Shown here: positions 49,856 to 63,000 of the stretch, piece by piece
How the letters are laid out: each line of letters opens with the position of its first letter
Position numbering within the stretch: the stretch's first letter is position 1
Source of the DNA: Basidiobolus meristosporus CBS 931.73
Lineage: Eukaryota; Fungi; Basidiobolomycota
Reading direction: 5' to 3'
Length of the DNA stretch: 64,000 nt
NCBI GenBank assembly: GCA_002104905.1
Contig: MCFE01000381.1
Location: forward strand, 20,143 to 84,142
The notes under the pieces: model-generated
The model's database searches: none
What the model was told of the DNA's origin: nothing
The model's input: only the letters and a program-made list of their open reading frames with translations
Translations under genes and position numbers: made by a program

Positions 49856-52817
49856 TGTTGTGCACCAACATTTAAAACTTTGCCAATTGTTGTGCATCAA
49901 CATTTAAAACTTTGCCAATTTTACTCCGTTTGAAAATCTAGTACCCTAACTGATTTTCCCTAACCCAAACATAACAAATCCCAGTTACAGTTTATTTGAT
50001 CCCACCTCAGAATATATTTTTAGCTATCACACCTGATCTATTTTCAAATGGTCATCACACTATCAACCTATCTGCCAAGCCTTCCCAGGTGATTAGTCAT
50101 CTGAGATCTATCCAACCACTGTGCAGTTGCCAAGACATCAGTTGATTGATGATGTAATTTTCATTTATCTTATGCACCTATGAACACCCAAATTGATTTC
50201 AATCAATCCAGTCCCTTGGGGCTTACTAATTCAACTTGATCAGAAAAGTATAAATAAAGTGTACTGAACCTTTTGGTTTAGTGTGTGTCTCAACAAAATT
50301 AAGATTCTGTCTCAGCAAAAATAAGAATCCAACAATTCCATTCTAGTTTCTATCCAAGCCTAGTATATCTAGCACTCCAAAGAACACCAAGCCTAGCCTG
50401 CCTAGCAAACAAATATCATTGCCTTTATAGCCAACCCAGCTATATCCAAGACCAATATTAGATCAGAATCTTTCTGCTAATATTTCCGCCACTCTCTGAC
50501 AATTCTAAGATTCTGCACTTAATTGTCCCTTTGGTTCAGTTAAACCATTCAAGAGTTTTATTACACTTTCTCTTGGATACAACACCACTGTTCCACATAC
50601 ACAACAGCAACATGGAGTAGCAAAAAGTGCTAATAGAGCAGTAGTAGAGATGGCAATAAGTATGCTACATGATAAGGGAATGGACTTCCCTAATAAAGAA
50701 TCTCAAACTTGGAATTCATCTAGTTTTTGGCTAGTTTTTTGCAGGCGTTCCAATGGTATCTTGCTAGTATTCAGCTGGTGTTTCTGGTTCACAATTTTGA
50801 ATGCAATTTTTGATCAAAGTAATGCGCAGCTAATTACCAAATTTTGTGTAGATACTAGTTGGCCCAGTCTCCCCCTGCAGCATATGTTTGCTTGCCTGCC
50901 CATGTGCTATTAACTGAGATATTAATAGTTGCCTATTGTGAGAAACATGGAATTCAGCTGATATAGTGATGGTATTATACTGTCCTTTTCTTAATTTTCT
51001 TTCTTGAAGCTTTAAGCTTGGAGCTGAATTGGTTGCTACAGCAGAATACATCAATAAAAGATGCCACACAACAGCACTACTTGATTCTTAACTCCTCAAA
51101 TCATATGCTGGCCAAAAACCAGACTTCCAGCACCTGAGGATCTATTGCAGTGGCATTTTCTATGACATCTCTGACAAAAAATGCTCAAAGCTGGAACCAA
51201 AAAGTAGAAAAAAGATCTTTCCTGGCTGTTGTGAAGATACTAGAGGGTACAAATGCATGATGGAAAAATTCAGAAGGTGATCAACAGCAGGGATGTTGTA
51301 TTTGGGGAGAAATCAGATCAGAAAGCAACTGAAATCATTGGCCATCTGCCTGATAATTCAATAATCACTAGTGAGGAAGATATGTACCTGATACAGCCAG
51401 CTATTGAAGAGAATTCTACTAGTTCCAAATCACAGCAGATAATTTCAGTTAGGAGATTTACCAAGAAAGGAAAAGACCCTGGATATTGGTAGCAGGCATC
51501 CAATGATCATGAAGAGGCTTTTCTTGCCTTATGTGCCAAACATCAGAATCTGGAACAGGCAAAACCAAGTCCATATGCTTCTATATGGCAATGAGCCATG
51601 CAGGAGGAGTTTCAATCTCAATCCTACAACAATTTGGGAACTTGTAGATTTACCAAAAGGGACAAAGCCAATAGAATGTAGATGGGTTTATAAGATCAAG
51701 ATAACCTTAAATGGTACCATTGATAGGTCTAAAAGTGGCAAAAATTTATTCCCAGATCCAGGGACTAGACTTCAAGGGAGCATTTGCTCCAGTGGTCAAA
51801 ACTCTATTAGGATAGTACTAGCCCTGGCAGCTGTACACAGTCAAAATCTATACCAAATGGATGCCAAAACAGCCTTACCAAAAGGGGATCTGCAAGAAAT
51901 ATTATTATGGAGCTACCCAAAGGTTTTACCTACCTAAAAGGTCCCTGGATGGCATGCCAATTGACAAAACTGTTGTATGGGCTTAAGCAGACACCTAGAG
52001 CATGGTATACCAAGACAGACACATATCTAGAAGATATTGCGCCTCTTTGTGGCACTGCATATTATGGTACATATGTGCACAGCATATTAAGGGAACAAAT
52101 TTGCTGGTACTTAATGTGAACAAGGTGGCAATAGCTTCAGGTGACCAGGAGGCACCTAGTCAGTCAAAGTACATCAGGGGCGCTTTTTGACTCTTCAAAA
52201 TGAAAAATTGCATACCTGCAGTAACACCCATGGTCAGTAACCTGAAATTGCACCAAATCTCAGCCATTTATTGACATATGTAGCTCAGGTATAGACCAAT
52301 GCTTTCCCTATCAGTTAATGGTGGTAGCCTGATGTACATGATGGTGTACACACCCAGATATTGCAGCAGCAGATAGTCAATTACTTCATGCATAATTATG
52401 GATATGATCAAATTGCAGCAGTTAAGAAACTCTTCAGATATCCGCAAGGCACCATCAATGTGGTTTGCTAATACTCAGGAGCAGGTAATAGTCCAAGATT
52501 TAATGGCCATTCCAATTTTTATTGGGGTAGGGATCTAATTCACAGATGCCTACTGCTGGATATGTGTTTTTATATGCTGGTGCTGCTAATACTTGGAAAT
52601 GCAAGAAACAACAAATGCAGCCCTCTCTTATGCTGAGGCAGAGTAATTGGCTGCTTGTCAATCAACTAAGGAAACTATACATTTACAAAAGTTACTCAAA
52701 GACTCAGGTTTAAATCACATGAGCCAACATGTGTACACAAGGTTAATCAACGTTGTATTTCATCAGCTGGAATTCCTACTATTTATGTCAGAAATAAGCA
52801 CATCAACATACAACACC

Positions 52818-53035
52818 AGGCACTATAAGTGCTTTGTATGGTTTTTACCTTAAGGCCAATGTTTAAATATAGAGCCAGATAATACCAGTGGACCAAGATA
52901 GTGCCAGGCATTTTTGTGACATAATACATGCCACAGAAGCAAGATTCAGAGTGCCATGGGTATTGAGTACCAGGTGCATGTCTTCAGTCCTACTGCACGC
53001 TTAAATGTGCTGCACAACATTGATCCAAATAAGGT
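52818..53035. repeat. Second copy of the 10.3-kb palindromic element (loop plus one arm)
   Basis: ggcactataagtgctttgtat..tttaaatatag..ccagtggaccaagatagtgcc..gagtgccatgggtattgagtacc..gcacaacattgatccaaa. Confidence 0.85.
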
Positions 53036-54373
53036 AAATTGTGGCTGGTGACTGAATCAACCACATAATCATCACCCAATCAAATCTTTCTTAATATATA
53101 TATTTCTGTCTGATCAGATTCTGCCAACATGTCTACTGACTTGATAGAGAATACATATATACTGATAGTCCTGACTTCAAACTAATTGATTTGACTAAAA
53201 ACTGATCTAACTTAAACATTCAGGCAGCATATCAAAACACTCTACCCCACTAAAGCTGATGGTGTTTTCATGAATCTCTTTACTTGCAATACCAATATTG
53301 CAATGATTGGGCATTGTCAATAAGCCTCAAAATCTTGGGTCTATCCCTATGAGCTAAATCTTGTTGGATATTCCTTTGTTTGTCTACTAGTTGTTAAGTT
53401 ACAAATTGACATTTTCTGATGATTGTTAACTATCCTGTCTACTGTGGCTCAAATATTGTACAAGTGTTATCTCTTAGCAATACATAGTTCCCAATTGTAA
53501 AAGCCTCAGATGTTATAATCTTATCAAATCTCTGCTTCATCTTTTCTGCACTTTTAGAGAGTTTGGCCTGATGTTTGAAATGCTGCATTTCTAGGTAGGC
53601 TTACATTGCTTTTGTCACAAAGGTTGGCTCTCTATCATACAAAATATCCATAGAGCATCCAAATTTCATCAGCATCTGATGGTAGTTGAAACTTGCAACT
53701 TCATATTCACTGGCTTCTGGCACAGCTCTAACTACTGGCTATTTGGTACTATGCTCCATTGCTACTAGGATCTACCAATTGCATTTCCTACTAGTGGGCA
53801 GTCTTAAAATAATGTCAACCACCCATATCTCAAATGGTCTTTCAGGTTATTAGGGAAAGAGTTCAGCAAGTCTCTGTGGTTGGCATTGGTTGACTTGGCA
53901 ACTTGAGCATGCTTTCACCAGCTTGTTGGCATCTTGTTTCATTCTGGGCCACCATTTCTATCTTTTACAAGACTATAGGTTCTTTCAATTCCAAGATGTC
54001 AATATTCTCTGTGTAGCTTGTGCAAGCAACATAAGGGCAATAGGTAATAGGGCTTCTATTAACTATTTGATAGAGTGTTTCATCCTGTACTACAAATTTG
54101 CTGGCTTCATCCAGCATTTTATATCAAAGTTATGAAAGTTACTGGGGTGTTGGTGAAGCCAAAACTTATAACTAAGTATTCATAATATCCATATCTGGTT
54201 CTGAGTGCTGTCTTGTGGCTATCTTATGGTTTCACCCTAATCTCAATCTATCCTAACATGAGGTCAATCTTGCTGAATATGGTGGCTGCATTGAGGTGGT
54301 CCAAAAGATCATTGATCATGATATGGGGTACTTATTCCTCATGGTAACAGAGTCAAGGGCTCTGTGGTCCATA

Positions 54374-54716
54374 CGTTAAGATCTGCTGCTTGAATGTTTA
54401 AATTACTTCAGTTACTACTATGTTTACATTATTGCTTACCATTATTTTCTATCAAACCAGCAGTATAAGTCTGCAGATGAATAAGAAGATACTGATCAGA
54501 CAGAGATACATATATTAAGTAGGATTGTAGTGGGTGATGCTGATGCAATTTAATGAGATATTAGCCACTACCTGTATTAGAAAATATAACTAGTCAAAAA
54601 TTGATAGGGCAAAATATATGTAAGGAGCTGCTGGAGTCTGAGTAAAGATCAGTTCAAGCTTTAGTGAGTACAATGCTAGCTAAACTCCTTATTCCTTCAC
54701 AACTCTTGTACAAACA
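54374..54716 (+). mobile_element. Degenerate solo LTR-E inside Gypsy-E copy 1 RT
   Basis: Similar to 56857-57224 (gatctgc.gcttgaatgtt ... tagctaaactcc.tattcct). Confidence 0.75.
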
Positions 54717-54907
54717 CATCCATGACCTAAGTATTGCATCCTTTTTTTCACAAATAGCACTTTGCTCCCAAAGGTACCTTGCTGGGCCAGATGTATACAT
54801 GCTCCAATAGTTGATCAACATGTTTCTTCATGTCTTCCAATTCCAATGGCCATATCCAGTAGATGTCTTGTTCACTGCATGCTCCATGCTTCTGACTGGT
54901 GACATGC

Positions 54908-55711
54908 TGTGGTGGTGTAGAGGTACTCCTGGGAGAAGCTACACAACTCAAGGTGTGTGAGGTGTCTGATGGGTGCAATAACCTCTGTGTCTAAACTGTG
55001 GGTGTCTTTGCCAATATGTCACTATGGTAAAAGCTCCTGCTTCTTTAGCTTCCTAGGTGCTCCAAGCGTCTCCAAAGGCCTCTGTGTGTCTTGTGCACTA
55101 CCCTGAAAGGCTCCTTGATGGCAGGTCTGAGATCTACTGTTGAAGGCAGGTGCAGTGATCAACTGCTAATCAATAAGGGAGAAGTGTTATTGATAGAAGG
55201 GATGATTTATTGATGAGGGATTGCTTTCCCTTAAATACTTTTCCTGATTGCCAAGTGATTACTAATGGCAAGGTTCTAGAAGATTCTAGGTATCAGTGGA
55301 ATTCTTGATGACATTATTATGAGCTTAAAATATGCCAAGAATGTCCTTGAAGGTTCTAAAAGGCACAGCACATTCAACCAATCAAGAATCAGTAGTCTGA
55401 AACCAGTGCAACATAGAAATACCATATATGGTATTGAAATGGTAGGGATGGTAACACACACCTAGGTCATGTGTCATGGGTACTGACATGGGTACTTGCC
55501 TTATGTAGATACATATACTGATCACAAAGCTGAATAACATCTGGGATAACTAGTGCTAATAACTAATCAGGGTAAACATCATATGGGGATAATACTGATA
55601 ATATGGGCAAAAGAAGGATGGGAAAATACTGATAAGATAAAATATGGATAAGTATATCCTAATGACTATATGAATAAACTTTTCTGTGGGAGGTATGTTT
55701 ACCCTTCCACA
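54908..55711 (-). mobile_element. Solo gypsy LTR-F (804 bp)
   Basis: Reverse complement of 16025-16828; flanks ATGC/ACAC reconstruct a 4-bp TSD ACGC. Confidence 0.9.
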
Positions 55712-56856
55712 ACACTTACAGGTTTTTCTGGAGATGCACCTGAATATTCCTTTAAACAAGTCCAAACTTTCTGGGGGAACTGGAGTTGAAGGATCATTCT
55801 GTAACACCACTATGAGACACATCTAAGTACCTTTCCAAAGTGCCCTACAGAGCTGTATCTTGCTAAACTCACTTTTGTCTAACTGACTGGAGTTGACCAA
55901 ATTGAAATCCAGACCAGCAGTTAGAAGCTCATAGGTCTGGTTGTCTTTATGAATCTGAGTAGTGTAGGTTCTCCAATTGACTTATGGATAACAGTTGAAT
56001 AGTTATATTTTTCCCAGTACCAGCTCAAATTTGCAGCTTCCAGCTAGGTAGGCCAGAAGGCCTTCTTAGAAGTGATTGGTCTTCTTTCTTACTGGCTGAG
56101 TGATATGGCCAATTATGTGGGGTTCCCATTGGCTCTTGAGACTGAAGTTGATTTGGTAGGTTACAAGATAATATCTGCTCTTAATGCAAATTACTCTGAC
56201 ATATACTTATGTGGCATTCTTAAGTCAATCATGATAATGGCAGCTATTCTGTTGACAACTCCATTTAAGCATAATAGTTTTCCTAAGCTTGAGGTCATAT
56301 GGGATAAGTATTATTCTGTCATATGGAAGGTGAGTTCTGAGTTGACTTCAAACTCATCCTCTATATCACTATGTTCTTGGGCTTCAATATGACTGAAGGC
56401 TCTTGTTGACTGGTGTCCATTTCTTTGCTGAAGGCAGTACTTTGAGATGTGCCAATGCTGATGGCAAATGAACCAAGGCTCTTTCTTCTTACATGCTGCT
56501 GAGTTGGGATTCTTCTGCATAGCATCTATTTCCATTGGCACAGCTTCTGGTTGTCATCTTTCATAGTGCATTTGGCTTTTCTTATTAGTAACTGTAGGCT
56601 TTCTGACTCAAAGCATAGCCAGGTTTTGGGTAATGGCCAACTTGATGGCTTCTTCAATAGTTTGAGGTCTGCAATTATTAACTTAGCTACAAGTTCTTTC
56701 TTTCCACTCTTCAATAAAGGATTCATCTTAAACAAGGGGTCCATTCTTCTTAAGCTGTCTAAGTAGACATCTATATTCATATATGTATTGCTGAACCATT
56801 CCTTTCTGTCTGAGTGTTTTCAGATTCCACCTTGGTAGTGTCTGCCAGTGTGGAGG

Positions 56857-59800
56857 TGTCATGATCTGCCGCTTGAATGTTGAAGTTAGATTGGTTTTTA
56901 GTCAAATCAATTAGTATATATTTAGGTTATCCGTATATCAGTATTATCTATCAAATCAGTAGCTTTAGTCAGCAAATGAATCAGCAGATTCTTATCAGAC
57001 AGAAATAAATATATTAAGTAGGATCTTATTGGGTGATGATGATGCAATCAAATGAGTTATCAGCCACAACCTACATTAGGAAATACAATTAGTCAGCAAT
57101 TGATCTGGCAAAATGTATATAAGGAGCTGCTGGAACCTCAATAAAAATCAGTTCAAGTTTTAGTGAATACAATACTAGCTAAACTCCCTATTCCTCTACA
57201 ACTCTTATACCAAGACTTGTAACATTGGTAGCAGCAATAACCAGAAACCTCCCTCCTGAAGAAAGAAGAAACCACCCTCAAGATGTTGGACAATCAAGAG
57301 TGGAAGAATGCCATGCAGCAAATCCTGGCCCAACAGCAACAGTTACTCCAGATCCTCAGCCAACAGCAACAAGGAATGACTACCATGGCTCAGAGCCAGC
57401 AAAGCCCTGTTAAGAGCAACTTTAGTGTGAAGGTCAGCTGGTACCATGGCAGAGTCAATGAAAACCTGGGGACTTGGCTCTTTCAGATTGAAGAAGCTCT
57501 TAAAGCTAAAGGAATTGCTCCAGAAAGCAAATTGTATTATGCAGCTTATTACCCGGCAGATGCAGCTTTACAGTGGTACCACAACAAGATCAGGTCAGCC
57601 ACTATGATGGGATGCTCTACAATATCTACCTGGGATGAGTTTTTGTTGGAAATTCAGGATGCTTTTGAACCTCCACACCAACAGACACTACTAAGAAGGA
57701 AGTTAAAGACACTCAGACAGAACGGAATGGTTCAAGAATACGTCTATGAGTACAGATGTCTACTTGGACAAATTGAAAGAATGGACCCCCTGGATCAAGT
57801 TGAATACTTTATTAATGGGTTAAAAGAAAGAACTTGCAAGGAAGTGAGTTATCAAAGACCTCAGACTATTGAGGAAGCCATCAAGATTGCCATTGACTAT
57901 GACTCATCTATGTTTGGAGTTGGGAAGCCTACAGTGACTAATCAGAAAGGTTACAATCATTATGAAAGACGACAGTCAGAAGCAGTACCAATGGAAATAG
58001 ACGCTATGCAGAAGAATCCTGCCTTGGAAGAATGTAAGAAGAAAGGACTTTGCTTCAATTGCCACCAGCAAGGACATATGCAAAGTGCTGCCCTCAGCAA
58101 AGAAATAGACACCAGCCATCAAGAACCTTTAACCGTATTGAGGCCATGGAGCATAGTAACATGAAGGATGAACATGAAGAAGACTCAGAACTCACCTTCC
58201 ACATGAAAGAAAAATACCTATCCCAGATGACCTCAAACTCAGGAAAGCTATTATACTTGAATGGAGTAATCAATGGAGTACCTGCCAAGATCATGGTTGA
58301 CTCAGGAGCATTGCATGAGTACATGTCAGAGCAATTTGCTCTGAAAGCTGGAATCAACTCAGAACCTACCAAATCAACTTCAGTCTCAACAGCTGATGGG
58401 AACTCTCACATAATCAACCGTATTACCCAGCCAGTAAGAATGAAGATCAATGACTATGAAGAAGACCTACCGGCTTATATATTTGAGAACTGCAAGTTTG
58501 ACCTTGTACTTGGAAAAACCTGGCTATTTTGTTGTAATCCATCAATCAACTGGAGAACCCATGCTACTCAGATCCAAATAGACAACAAGACCTATGAGCT
58601 ATTACCTGCCAGGCTGGATTTCAACTTGGTCAATTCCAGTATGTGTGAGACAAGTGAACTTAGCAAGACCCAGTTCTGTAGAGCACTTAGAAAAGGTACA
58701 GAGATGTTCCTCATGGCGGTTTTACAGGAGGATTCCTCTACCCCAGCACCCCAGCAGGTCCAGACTCTCTTGAAGAAATATTCAGACATGTCAGGATACA
58801 ACCATATTAGGGTGAAGCCAGAAGACATCCCTAAGACAGCATTCAGGATCAGATATAGACATTACAAGTACTTATTCATGATTTTTGGCCTCACCAATGC
58901 CCCTGCAACTTTCATGACCCTGATGCAGACCGTCTTCCAGGAGTACTTGGACAAGTTTGTCATAATCTACCTAGATGATATACTGATATACAGCAAGACA
59001 GAAGAGGATCACTTGGTGCACATTGAAAAGGTCTTGAAGAAGCTAAGAGAGAACAAGCTCCATGGCAAGCTACCCAAGTGTGAGTTCTTCAAGGAACACA
59101 TTGAATATCTGGGACATATAGTGACTAGCACAGGAGTATCCTTAGACCCTAAGAAGGTGGAAGTAATCAAGAATCTGAAGCAGCCCCGTAGCATATCAGA
59201 ACTCAGATCATTCCTTGGCATGGTTTCCTATTATTGGAGATTTGTCAAGTCTTTTGCAAGTATTGCAGCCCCTTTAACTGATATCCTCAAGAAAGACAAT
59301 ACCTACAAGTGGGACATAGCTTGTGAGACTGCCTTCCAGATGCTCAAGAATGAACTTGCTAAGCTGCCAAGCTTAAGAATACCAGACTTCAGAAAAGAGT
59401 TCACTCTGTGCACAGATGCTTCAGATTATGCAATTGGTGGAGTGCTGAGCCAAGAACACAAGGGAAAGGACTACCCTGTTGCCTTTGAATCCAAGAAACT
59501 GAACTCAGCAGAACAAAACTATCCAGTTCATGAGAAGGAGATGCTTGCTATAATACACTGTTTGAAGACATGGAGATGCAATATTGAAGGAGTCAAATGC
59601 ACTGTGAAGACTGGTCATGCCTCCCTCAAGTATATATTTACTCAGAAGGTACTCTCTAGAAGAATGACAAGATGGAGCAAATACATTCAGCAATTTGACC
59701 TGGAGATTGTCTACTGCCCTGGAAAAAACAACATGGTTGCTGATGCCTTATCAAGATTAGATCAAGTTGCACAACTCAACTTGGTGCATGAATCAGATTG

Positions 59801-60093
59801 GCCTAGCCTATTATCAAAGTACTTGGAGGACCAAGCTATTCCTAATGAGGTGGATGCAGAGATAAAGAAGATAATCCGGGATGAAGCCAGCAAATTTGTT
59901 GTACAGGATGAAACACTCTATCAAATTGTTGATGGAAGCCCTATTGCCTATTGTCCTTATGTTGCTTGCCTGGATTTAATACATAAGCTACACAATGGAT
60001 ATGGACATCTTGGGATTGAAGGAACCTATAGCCTTGTGAAAGCCAGAGCATGGTGGTCCAGAATGAAACAAGATATTGAGAAGCTAGTGAAAA
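56857..60093 (+). mobile_element. Gypsy-E copy 2: 5' LTR (56857-57224), PBS tggtagcagc, gag-PR-RT-RH, truncated at the integrase start
   Basis: YHGRVNENLGTWL gag, VPMEID, CFNCHQQGH, MVDSGA protease, YLDDILIYS RT, TDASDYAIG RNase H. Confidence 0.93.
57283..60093 (+). pseudogene. gag-pol: Gypsy-E copy 2 gag-pol with frameshift (about 58080) and in-frame RT deletion
   Basis: ORFs 57283-58164 and 58050-60113. YSD is joined directly to MSGYN, so 117 codons are missing relative to copy 3. Confidence 0.9.
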
Positions 60094-63000
60094 TGTTGCA
60101 AGTCTTGGTATAAGAGTTGTAGAGGAATAGTGAGTTTAGCTAGTATTGTATTCACTAAAACTTGAACTGATTTTTATAGAGGTCCCAGCAGCTCCTTATA
60201 TACATTTTGCCAGATCAATTGCTGACCAATTGTATTTCCTAATGTAGGTTGTGGCTGATGACTCATTTGATTGCATCATCATCACCCAATAAGAGCTTAC
60301 TTAATATATCTATTTCTGTCTGATAAGGATCTGCTGAATCATTTGCTGACTAATGCTACTGGTTTCATAGATAATACTGATATACTGATAACCTAAACAT
60401 ATACTAATTGATTTGACTAAAAACAGATCTAACCTAAACATTCAAGAGGCAGATCATAACATTCTCCCGTACTAAAGTTGAGAGGGTTCTCCTGAATCTC
60501 TTTTCTTGTGATACCAATATCTTGATGGTTCAGTATTATCAGCAAGTCTTGCAAGCTTGAGTCTGTACCTATGCACTAAGTCTTCCTGGATATTGCCTTG
60601 TTTGTCCACCAGTTGGTAAGTTGCAAATGGACATTCTCTGATGATCTTGAATGGTCCTGTCCATTGTGGCTCAAACTTCTTCCGAGTGTTGTTTCTTAGC
60701 AATACAAAGTTCCCAACTGTCAATGCTTCTGGTGCTATAGTCTTATTAAATCTCTGCTTCATCTTTTCTGCACTTTGAGATACTTTGGTCTGTGCCTCTT
60801 GACGTCTTTGTTCCAGTTGCTGGTTTCTACTGGGCTGACTGAGTTCATCTTCTAAGGTGTCTGTAAGCTTTGGTTGTGTGAGATCTCCTGGAATCCTTGG
60901 TTCACATCCATACACTAAGTAAAATGGTGATTGCTGGGTGGTGTGGTGTACTCTGACTCTGCATGCAAAGAGTGCTTGGCCTATATACTCATCCCATCTA
61001 CTGACAACTCCATTTGCATACTTGGTCAGCATTTTTCCAAATAATCCATTAAACCGCTCAGTGACTCCATTAGTTCTGGGGTGATATGCCAAGGTTTTCA
61101 AGTGTCTGATCTGCTGCATTTCTAGGTAAGCCTCTAATGTCTTTGCCATAAAGTTTGCACCTCTGTCAGATAAGATCTCCACAGGGCATCCAGACTTCAT
61201 CAGGATCTCATGGTAAATGACACTTGCAACTTCTTGTTCACTGGCTATTGGTACAGCTTTAGCAGCTGGCCATTTAGTGTTATGGTCAATTGCTACTAGG
61301 ATCCAACGGTTGCATTTCCTGGCAGTTGGCAGTCTCCCAATAAAGTCAATTCCCCATCTCTCAAATGGTCTTACAGGCTCCAAAGGGAAGAGTTTGGCAA
61401 TTCTTTGTGGCTGGCCTTGATTGATTTGGCAGTTTGGGCATGTTTTCACTAGCTTCTCAATATCTTGTTTCATTCTGGGCCACCATGCTCTGACTTTCAC
61501 AAGGCTTTAGGTTCCTTCAATCTCAAGATGTCCATATCCATTATGTAGCTTATGTATTAAATCCAGGCAAGAAACATAAGGGCAATAGGCAATAGGGCTT
61601 CCATCAACAATTTGGTAGAGTGTTTCATCCTGTACTACAAATTTGCTGGCTTCATCACGGATTATCTTCCTGATATCTTCATCCACCTCATTAGGAATGG
61701 CTTGGTCCTCCAAGTACTTTGATAATAGGCTAGGCCAATCTGATTCATGCACCAAGTTGAGTTGTGCAACTTGATCTAATCTTGATAAGGCGTCAGCAAC
61801 TGTGTTGTTTTTTCCAGGGCAGTAGACAATCTCCAGGTCAAATTGCTGAATGTATTCACTCCATCTTGTCATTCTTCCAGAGAGTACCTTCTGAGTAAAT
61901 ATATACTTGAGGGAGGCATGATCAGTCTTCACAGTGCATTTGACTCCTTCAATATAGCATCTCCATATCTTCAAAGAGTGTATTATAGCAAACATCTCCT
62001 TCTCATGGACTGGATAGTTTTGTTCTGCTGAGTTCAGTTTCTTGGATTCAAAGGCAACAGGGTAGTTCTTTCCCTTGTGTTCTTGGCTCAGCACTCCACC
62101 AATTGCATAATCTGAAGCATCTGTGCACAGAGTGAACTCTTTTCTGAAGTCTGGTATTCTTAAGCTTGGCAGCTTAGCAAGTTCATTCTTGAGCATCTGG
62201 AAGGCAGTCTCACAAGCTATGTCCCACTTGTAGGTATTGTCTTTCTTGAGGATATCAGTTAAAGGGGCTGCAATACTTGCAAAAGACTTGACAAATCTCC
62301 GATAATAGGAAACCATTCCAAGGAATGATCTGAGTTCTGATATGCTATGGGGCTGCTTCAAATTCTTGATTACTTCCACCTTCTTGGGGTCTAAGGTTAC
62401 TCCTGTGCTAGTTACTATATGTCCCAGGTGTTCTACGTGTTCCTTGAAGAATTCACACTTGGCTAGCTTGCCATAAAGCTTGTTCTCTCTTAACTTCTTC
62501 AAGACCTTTTCAATGTGCACCAAGTGATCCTGTTCTGTCTTGCTGTATATCAGTATATCATCTAGGTAGATTATGACAAACTTGTCTAAGTACTCCTGGA
62601 AGACAGTCTGCATCAGGGTCATGAAAGTTGCAGGGGCATTAGTGAGGCCAAAACTCATGACTAAGTACTCTTAATGTCCATATCTGGTCCTGAATGCTGT
62701 CTTAGGGATATCTTCTGGTTTCACCCTAATCTGGTTGTATCCTGACATGAGGTCAATCTTGCTGAAAATAGTGGCTCCATTAAGTTGGTCCAAAAGCTCA
62801 TCAATCCGAGGTATGGGGTACTTATTCTTGACGGTAACTGAGTTCAGGGCTCTGTAGTCAATGCACATCCTAAGTGTTCCATCCTTCTTTTTCACAAAAA
62901 GCACTGGTGCTCCCCAGGGTGACTTGCTGGGCCTGATGTGTCCATGCTCCAATAGCTGATCAATTTGTCTCTTCATTTTCTCCAATTCCAATGGACTCAT

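Larger units (their letters stand above)
44635..50584 (+). mobile_element. Gypsy-D: full-length chromovirus (about 5.95 kb), lightly decayed
   Basis: 697-bp LTRs 44635-45331 and 49888-50584 (about 16 differences by eye), TSD GCACT/CCACT, PPT ggaaggaagtga, gag-PR-RT-RH-IN-CHD. Confidence 0.97.
43072..52800 (+). mobile_element. Copia-4: old, heavily decayed copia of a different family, split by Gypsy-D (pieces 43072-44634 and 50585-52800)
   Basis: Degenerate PBS gactatgagtcc; LEGKNY*LWRIKI gag, LDYVKERLL, IDADASQH, GKQARQPF, NNGGKY | TVPHTQQQHGV, WELVDLPKG..CRWVYKIK, LYGLKQ, AACQSTKE. Confidence 0.8.
53040..56856 (-). mobile_element. Gypsy-E copy 1: old, deleted, minus strand
   Basis: Reverse LTR-E remnant about 53040-53240, then degenerate IN, RT, PR and gag collinear with 60094-64000. 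Confidence 0.82.
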
